Sequence record: SRR20825006_339 | Length of the DNA: 21,808 nucleotides | Reading direction: 5' to 3' (one strand) | Part shown: positions 16,622 through 21,808 of the stretch, piece after piece | Layout: every line of letters begins with the position of its first letter | How positions within the stretch are numbered: position 1 is the stretch's first letter | Notes under the pieces: model-generated | The model's input: the letters and a program-made list of their open reading frames with translations, nothing else | Database searches by the model: none | Told to the model about the DNA's origin: nothing | Program-made: the position numbers and the translations under genes

Positions 16622-19242
16622 TGAAACAGACTTACTCAATACTGCTGGCTTGTTTAGTATATCTAGTTATTTCAAACGAGATAAAGGCCCAGCATTTTGA
16701 ATATACAAACGAACCTTTGTTATCTGTAATTCACGATATTGAAGACCAAACTCCTTTTCATTTTTTGTATAGAGAAGCGCTTATTGCCGATATCAAAATT
16801 TCACTTAGTGCCACAAAAGAACGCATTTTTGATACGCTCCAGAAAGAACTTTCGAATCAGAATATTGGCCTAAGACTCGACGAACTTAGAAATCAGGCTC
16901 TACTTTTTACTTCTTCCAAAAAAGAGACTACTAGTTCACTCTCCATTTCAGGATATGTTTTGGATTCCGAAACAGGAGAACGTCTTCCCTACTCAACACT
17001 CGCTTGGCTTGAAAATGGACAACTCACCGGAATTGCAACTTCCGATAATGGCACCTTCTCAACTAAGATTAATTCTTCCCAACAGCCCATTTCAATTTTG
17101 TTTTCTTACACCGGTTATGAAGCAAAAACCATCGATTTTGATCTGAATGAACAACATTCTTGGAACAACTTAGCCATTCGTTTGAATCCCGTTCCTTATG
17201 CTGGACAAGAAATTGTGGTTCGTGGTTTTAATGCCTACACAGCAGCAGACACCGTTTTAAACGGATTGGTTAAAATAGGAACGTTTAGTCCTTTGGGCGA
17301 TCAAAATTCCATCCGATCCCTCCAAGCATTGCCTTCGGTACAAAGTGGTAGTTCTATCACTGGAAATTTGAATGTTAGAGGAAGTCCGCCCGATGGATTT
17401 AGAGTATTGCTTGACGGCCAAACACTGTACAATCAAAACCACCTTTTTGGATTAATCGACGCCCTTAATTCCGATGTTCTTAGAACAAGCGGATTTTATT
17501 ATGATATAACACCAGCATCATTTAAAGCACCTCATGGTGGAATCCTAGCTCTGATTACAAAAACGGGAAACCTTCAAGAGTTTAGCACTTCGTTAGGGCT
17601 CAGTAATACAACAGGAAGCATTAGCGTGGAAGGCCCCATAAAGAAAGGAAAATCCAGCTTCTTAGTTTCAGGGCGACATTCTTACATAGACCAAGCCAAC
17701 TGGCTTAATAATAGTGATATCATCGAATATGGTTTGGATTTAGACCGTCCTTACGACTTTCAGGACCAAGATATAATTCCGCTAATTCAGGTGAGCCGTG
17801 TACCTAAAAATACTTCTGCTTCTTTCTATGATATCAACACAAAACTTTATGTTGAACAAAAGAATGGTGGACAATTCATTTTAAGCGGGTATTTTGGGGC
17901 CGATGAAGCCTCACAAACTTATGAACGTTTTTTCTCACGGTTTATAAGCGCTGATTATAGCACAACAAACGATTGGTCGAGTAATATTTTATCCGCATCA
18001 TATAATAATCAAATTACTCCTCAAACCTCTTCTTCTTCAAGTTTAGGCTGGAGTGATTATTCTGCCAACTATCTAAAAGAAGATTATAGATTTCAAAATT
18101 TGCAGGTTGAAACCGGCAATGGTCAACGAAACGTTTCAGTTTCAACACAATCATTAGTTCTAGATAATAGCCTTAAAGAGTTTAGTGCTAAACAAAGCTT
18201 TTCAACTTCGCTTGAGCGCACTAATATAAACTATGGAATTGATTACAGTGATTTTCAGGTAAGTTATAAAGAGCTTAGCTTGAGCAATGAATCATTCCTG
18301 AGCCGCCGTACAAGCCAACTTGTAGATGTATTTGCCCAGGTAGATTTAAATAACCTTGAAATTGCCCAAGTACAAATGGGAAGCAGATTACATTATTTTA
18401 GTAATGGGCAGTACGTGAAATGGTCTCCACGTTTTAAAGCTCAATTTTATCCAGAAAAGCAGATTTCGAGTGGATTTGGCTATAGTAAAAACTATCAATT
18501 CCTTCACCGTTTAGATTTTTATAACATAAACAGTACCGATTTCTGGATTATTACCAATGAAGATCAACCGCCCTCTTCAAGTGATTATTTTACAACCAAT
18601 CTTAAAATTCGTCCGAGTAGCGATTGGTATTTCCAAATTGAAGGCTATTACAAGCTCTACAAAAACATGCGAATCCATACGCTTAATACCGGGCTTATTT
18701 CAAATACCTTTCAAGAGGAAGAATTGCCTTGGCTATATTCAAATTCTGGTACTGGAAAAGGAGTTGAGTTTTTTGGAAGAAAAAGGATTCAAAGAACAAC
18801 TATTTCTGCTACTTACGTGCTTTCATCCATCAAAATTAAAAACCCACGGCTTAATGGCGGGGAATCTTATTACGCCAACTGGGATCGACAAAATCAGCTT
18901 TCGTTCAACGTAGAAACAACGTTATCCAAAGGGTTTGAACTTTTCGCTGCTTGGAATTATTCCACAGGAACCCCAAACCGAGCTGTAATTGAATCAAACG
19001 AAAGCGATAGATTAGCAGCCTACTCTCGAATTGACCTAAGCCTTCGTTACACTCACATCTCAGAATCAGGCCAAAAAGCGATGCTATCGATTTCAGCATA
19101 TAATCTAACTGATCGCGATAATCCAATCTACGCAGATCTTAAAGTTGGCTTAAATACTTCCACACTCCTACGGGAAACAGCCTTTATAACGGTATACGAT
19201 TTAGGCTTTCAACCTTCACTAAAAGCTTCCTTAAGTTTTTAG
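16621..19242 (+). CDS. TonB-dependent receptor/transducer (STN-like, carboxypeptidase-regulatory-like, plug and barrel domains)
   Basis: Signal peptide, STN-like NEPLLSVIHDIEDQTPFHFLY, ISGYVLDSETGERLPYS...FSYTGYE, plug LQALPSVQ...LNVRGS...LLDG...NHLFG, barrel motifs (WSPRF, YSRIDLS, YNLTDRDN) and C-terminal Phe. ATG 16621 overlaps the fecR TGA. Confidence 0.93.
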   Translation: MKQTYSILLACLVYLVISNEIKAQHFEYTNEPLLSVIHDIEDQTPFHFLYREALIADIKISLSATKERIFDTLQKELSNQNIGLRLDELRNQALLFTSSKKETTSSLSISGYVLDSETGERLPYSTLAWLENGQLTGIATSDNGTFSTKINSSQQPISILFSYTGYEAKTIDFDLNEQHSWNNLAIRLNPVPYAGQEIVVRGFNAYTAADTVLNGLVKIGTFSPLGDQNSIRSLQALPSVQSGSSITGNLNVRGSPPDGFRVLLDGQTLYNQNHLFGLIDALNSDVLRTSGFYYDITPASFKAPHGGILALITKTGNLQEFSTSLGLSNTTGSISVEGPIKKGKSSFLVSGRHSYIDQANWLNNSDIIEYGLDLDRPYDFQDQDIIPLIQVSRVPKNTSASFYDINTKLYVEQKNGGQFILSGYFGADEASQTYERFFSRFISADYSTTNDWSSNILSASYNNQITPQTSSSSSLGWSDYSANYLKEDYRFQNLQVETGNGQRNVSVSTQSLVLDNSLKEFSAKQSFSTSLERTNINYGIDYSDFQVSYKELSLSNESFLSRRTSQLVDVFAQVDLNNLEIAQVQMGSRLHYFSNGQYVKWSPRFKAQFYPEKQISSGFGYSKNYQFLHRLDFYNINSTDFWIITNEDQPPSSSDYFTTNLKIRPSSDWYFQIEGYYKLYKNMRIHTLNTGLISNTFQEEELPWLYSNSGTGKGVEFFGRKRIQRTTISATYVLSSIKIKNPRLNGGESYYANWDRQNQLSFNVETTLSKGFELFAAWNYSTGTPNRAVIESNESDRLAAYSRIDLSLRYTHISESGQKAMLSISAYNLTDRDNPIYADLKVGLNTSTLLRETAFITVYDLGFQPSLKASLSF

Positions 19243-19353
19243 TCTCTTACCATACATCGCTAAAGTAACTCAAGCATCTCGCATTTAGATTTCCGAATCT
19301 TATTTAAAATTTTTGCGTAATTGCTCTCTAATATATATCTAGTAAACCCTTTT

Positions 19354-19377
19354 TATTGAGTATCTTCGCACTCAATA
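19354..19377 (+). promoter_or_regulatory. 8-bp inverted repeat enclosing a Bacteroidota-like -7 promoter element
   Basis: tattgagt-atcttcgc-actcaata. tatcttcg (19361-19368) resembles TAnnTTTG. The repeat ends 34 nt before ATG 19412. Confidence 0.4.
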
Positions 19378-19411
19378 TTATTTTTGAATTCTATACCTTC
19401 ATAGCCAAGCA

Positions 19412-21631
19412 ATGTTTCTTTCCCATACTAAGAATAAAGCTTTTGTTTTAACCCTTTGCGTGCTACTGTGTTCTCCTTATCTGCTTTCTCAGCCGATTGA
19501 AGAACAGAAGCAGCCTGTTACCATTGGTATTGCTCTTAGTGGAGGTGGTGCAAAAGGTTTTGCTCATATTGGTGTATTAAAGGTTTTAGAAGAAGAAGGC
19601 ATTCCGATTCAAGTGGTAACGGGTACAAGCATGGGAAGTATCGTGGGTGCACTCTATGCTATTGGATACAGCCCTGCAATGTTAGAAGAAATTGCTTTAC
19701 GTGATAACTGGATTGATTTTTTTAATGAGAACCCAACTCGAGAAGCTAAATCAGTTTTCCAGCGAACTTTAGAAGACAAGCATATTGTCTCAGTACCCTT
19801 AAACGATGGTAAATTTTCGTTACCTCGAGGATTTCTGGAAGGTCAAAAATTCTCTTTGATGCTTAGTAAGCTCACTCTTCCTTATCATAATGTTGACGAT
19901 TTCACCACCTTTCCAATTCCTTTTGCTTGTGTAGCTACTAACCTGCGAAATGGTGAGGGAAAACGTTTTGTTAATGGCGATCTCGCACAAGCAATCAGGG
20001 CAAGTATTTCATTTCCTAGTGCATTCAAGCCTGTGAAAATAGGTGATGAAACTTACATCGATGGCGGTTTAGTCCGAAACCTTCCCGTTTCAGATGCCCG
20101 AGATTTAGGCGCTACTTTTGTTATCGCTTCAGATGTAGCCAGCGACCTTAAATCGGCAGATAGCTTATCCTCCTTCTTTGACGTAATGAACCAAGCGATG
20201 GGTTTTGCAATGAAGAAATCGGATCTCGAGCAAATTGCCCTTTCAGATTTTTATATTCGGCCACCTGTTGATGACTATACCATTTACGATGTCGGAAAAG
20301 TTCAAGAATTAATAAATGCTGGCGAAGAAGCAACCAGAAAGCAAATTCCAGAGCTAAAAAAACTACTCGAAAAATATTCCTATAGCGCCGACCAATCACG
20401 CTTCAAGGAAATCGAATTAAAAGACATTATCACTTTTGATGAAATTCTTATTGAAGGTATTTCTGGCGATGATAAAATGATTGCTGAGCAGATACTCAAT
20501 TTCAAGTCTAGCTACCAAGTAAGTATTCGTGATTTAGACAAAGCTATAGATAAACTTTACGGTACAGGGCTTTTTAACATGATTACTTACCGCCTTCAGA
20601 ATAAACCCAATAATGAAGGCCAAGAACTTGTATTTATGATTACCAGCTATGACAAGGAGCAATTTGCCTTTGGTGCACGATACGATAGCTTCTACAAAGC
20701 TTCTTTGCTCTTCAGTTTAGATCTGAGTTCGGTATTCTACGAAAATGACCTCCTATTTAGCAACCTTAGAGTAGGCGACCAATTTCAGCTGAAAGTGAAT
20801 TACTTTAAACCGTTCACCTTTTATAGAACGTCTGGTTTAAACTTAATTACGCAGGTGCAGCGCAGCCCATTTAATATCTACACCAATCAGAATTTAAGCT
20901 CCTCGGTAAATGTGGAAGTTCTCTCCCTAGATGTACTTACAGGACTTCAATTTATGAAGAATTTTTCGGTTTCTGCCGGAACTCACTTTGAGGCCTATAA
21001 TATCAACAAAAAAGTGGGCGAAACGCTTCTCTTTGAAGAGATTAACAGTAATGCATCCGCCCAAGTTCTTATTAATGGCGACACATTTGACAGAAGTGTG
21101 TATCCAACCAAAGGCTATAAGTTATTACTTAAAGGCGAGGCTTCACAAAAAGGCTGGGATACAAGCAAACACTTAGGTCAGCTTTCTTTTCTTTGGGATC
21201 AATACGTTCCCTTATCTCCAACATTTTCTATGTTTTCGAAAATTGTTTTGGGTAGAACCGTCCGCAATAACTACAACATACCATTGCATTATTATTATTT
21301 TGCTGGTGGAACTTTGCCCTCCACGCTATTCGAAGAACATCAATTCACTTTTTATGGGCAGAATGTTCAAGAACTTCGGGGACCAAATATCCAGTATCTA
21401 CAATTGGGAGGTCAACTCAACATTGCCAAAGATTTTTATTTACGAGGATTGTTTAACATCGCAAACTTAAGCAATACTTGGGATTGGGATGCGAACTACA
21501 AAAACTTAGAAGACGGTTTCGGTTTTTCTTTTGGTACACCAACCGTTATTGGACCTGTAGAATTGATACTTGATGGCGACGACATAAACGGCCCATTCTC
21601 CCTCCGCATCAATGTAGGCTACACGTTTTAG
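19412..21631 (+). CDS. Patatin-like phospholipase with POTRA and C-terminal beta-barrel (PlpD/type Vd-like)
   Basis: Signal peptide, LSGGGAKGFAHIGVL, GTSMG (catalytic Ser), IDGG (catalytic Asp), POTRA-like DLDKAIDKLYGTGLFNMITY, and a barrel ending PTVIGPVEL...INVGYTF. Confidence 0.93.
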   Translation: MFLSHTKNKAFVLTLCVLLCSPYLLSQPIEEQKQPVTIGIALSGGGAKGFAHIGVLKVLEEEGIPIQVVTGTSMGSIVGALYAIGYSPAMLEEIALRDNWIDFFNENPTREAKSVFQRTLEDKHIVSVPLNDGKFSLPRGFLEGQKFSLMLSKLTLPYHNVDDFTTFPIPFACVATNLRNGEGKRFVNGDLAQAIRASISFPSAFKPVKIGDETYIDGGLVRNLPVSDARDLGATFVIASDVASDLKSADSLSSFFDVMNQAMGFAMKKSDLEQIALSDFYIRPPVDDYTIYDVGKVQELINAGEEATRKQIPELKKLLEKYSYSADQSRFKEIELKDIITFDEILIEGISGDDKMIAEQILNFKSSYQVSIRDLDKAIDKLYGTGLFNMITYRLQNKPNNEGQELVFMITSYDKEQFAFGARYDSFYKASLLFSLDLSSVFYENDLLFSNLRVGDQFQLKVNYFKPFTFYRTSGLNLITQVQRSPFNIYTNQNLSSSVNVEVLSLDVLTGLQFMKNFSVSAGTHFEAYNINKKVGETLLFEEINSNASAQVLINGDTFDRSVYPTKGYKLLLKGEASQKGWDTSKHLGQLSFLWDQYVPLSPTFSMFSKIVLGRTVRNNYNIPLHYYYFAGGTLPSTLFEEHQFTFYGQNVQELRGPNIQYLQLGGQLNIAKDFYLRGLFNIANLSNTWDWDANYKNLEDGFGFSFGTPTVIGPVELILDGDDINGPFSLRINVGYTF

Positions 21632-21691
21632 TTTAGCAGTTAGGATTCTGAGATAGATTTAAGGAAAGCAGTCGTCTTACGTCTTACACCT

Positions 21692-21725
21692 AATCCTGTA
21701 AATCCAATAAATCATAGTTCAGAGA
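21692..21725 (+). repeat. Gene-less copy of the GxxExxY right-arm repeat
   Basis: AATCctgtaAATCcaataAATCatagttcagaga. Positions 21710-21725 match 11947-11962 (aatcaaagttcagaca) at 14/16, with a 9-nt AATC period. Confidence 0.75.
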
Positions 21726-21772
21726 TTAAGTTATTGAGAGATTATGTGTAGGCGTTGATTTTAGCTCTGCCT

Positions 21773-21807
21773 CATTCATAATTTTGAATTATTAATTCTC
21801 AATTCCC
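21773..21807. repeat. Heptamer tandem repeat (AATTnnn x5)
   Basis: cattcat-aattttg-aattatt-aattctc-aattccc, running to the window edge. Confidence 0.6.
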
Positions 21808-21808
21808 C

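Noticed and set aside
19274-19301. Weak 7-nt periodicity (gcatctc-gcattta-gatttcc-gaatctt) after the TonB receptor gene
   Set aside because: Too degenerate to support without a statistical test.
172-21470. Other short alternative-frame ORFs in the track (e.g. 172-486, 3887-4234, 10306-10569, 14573-14902, 18557-18913, 20148-20399)
   Set aside because: All lie within or largely overlap well-supported longer CDSs and show no protein-family features.

Overview
A 21.8-kb, AT-rich bacterial chromosomal segment. The gene content (TonB-dependent receptor, FecR, DUF5916, patatin-POTRA-barrel) points to the Bacteroidota/Balneolota-Rhodothermota group; this taxonomy is an inference. It holds 18 probable CDSs: a 5'-truncated AsmA/DUF748-like protein, a DUF5916 barrel protein, a PLP-dependent Ser/Thr dehydratase, a membrane-anchored protein made of eight 30-aa repeats, a MORN-like lipoprotein, an MsbA-like ABC exporter, an nfeD-SPFH-SPFH operon, a GxxExxY nuclease-fold gene, a secreted hydrolase-like protein, an M23 peptidase, an ECF sigma/lipoprotein/FecR/TonB-receptor locus and a PlpD-like patatin. 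No rRNA, tRNA, CRISPR array or transposase was seen. The most striking unexplained structure is the GxxExxY gene, which is bracketed by an imperfect inverted repeat (TGTCTGAAC + periodic GATT ... periodic AATC + GTTCAGACA). A gene-less copy of the right arm lies 9.8 kb away among other 7-nt periodic repeats, which suggests a transposase-free mobile cassette or RNA-structure system. The 8x30-aa repeat protein behind an ECF-type promoter is the second candidate.
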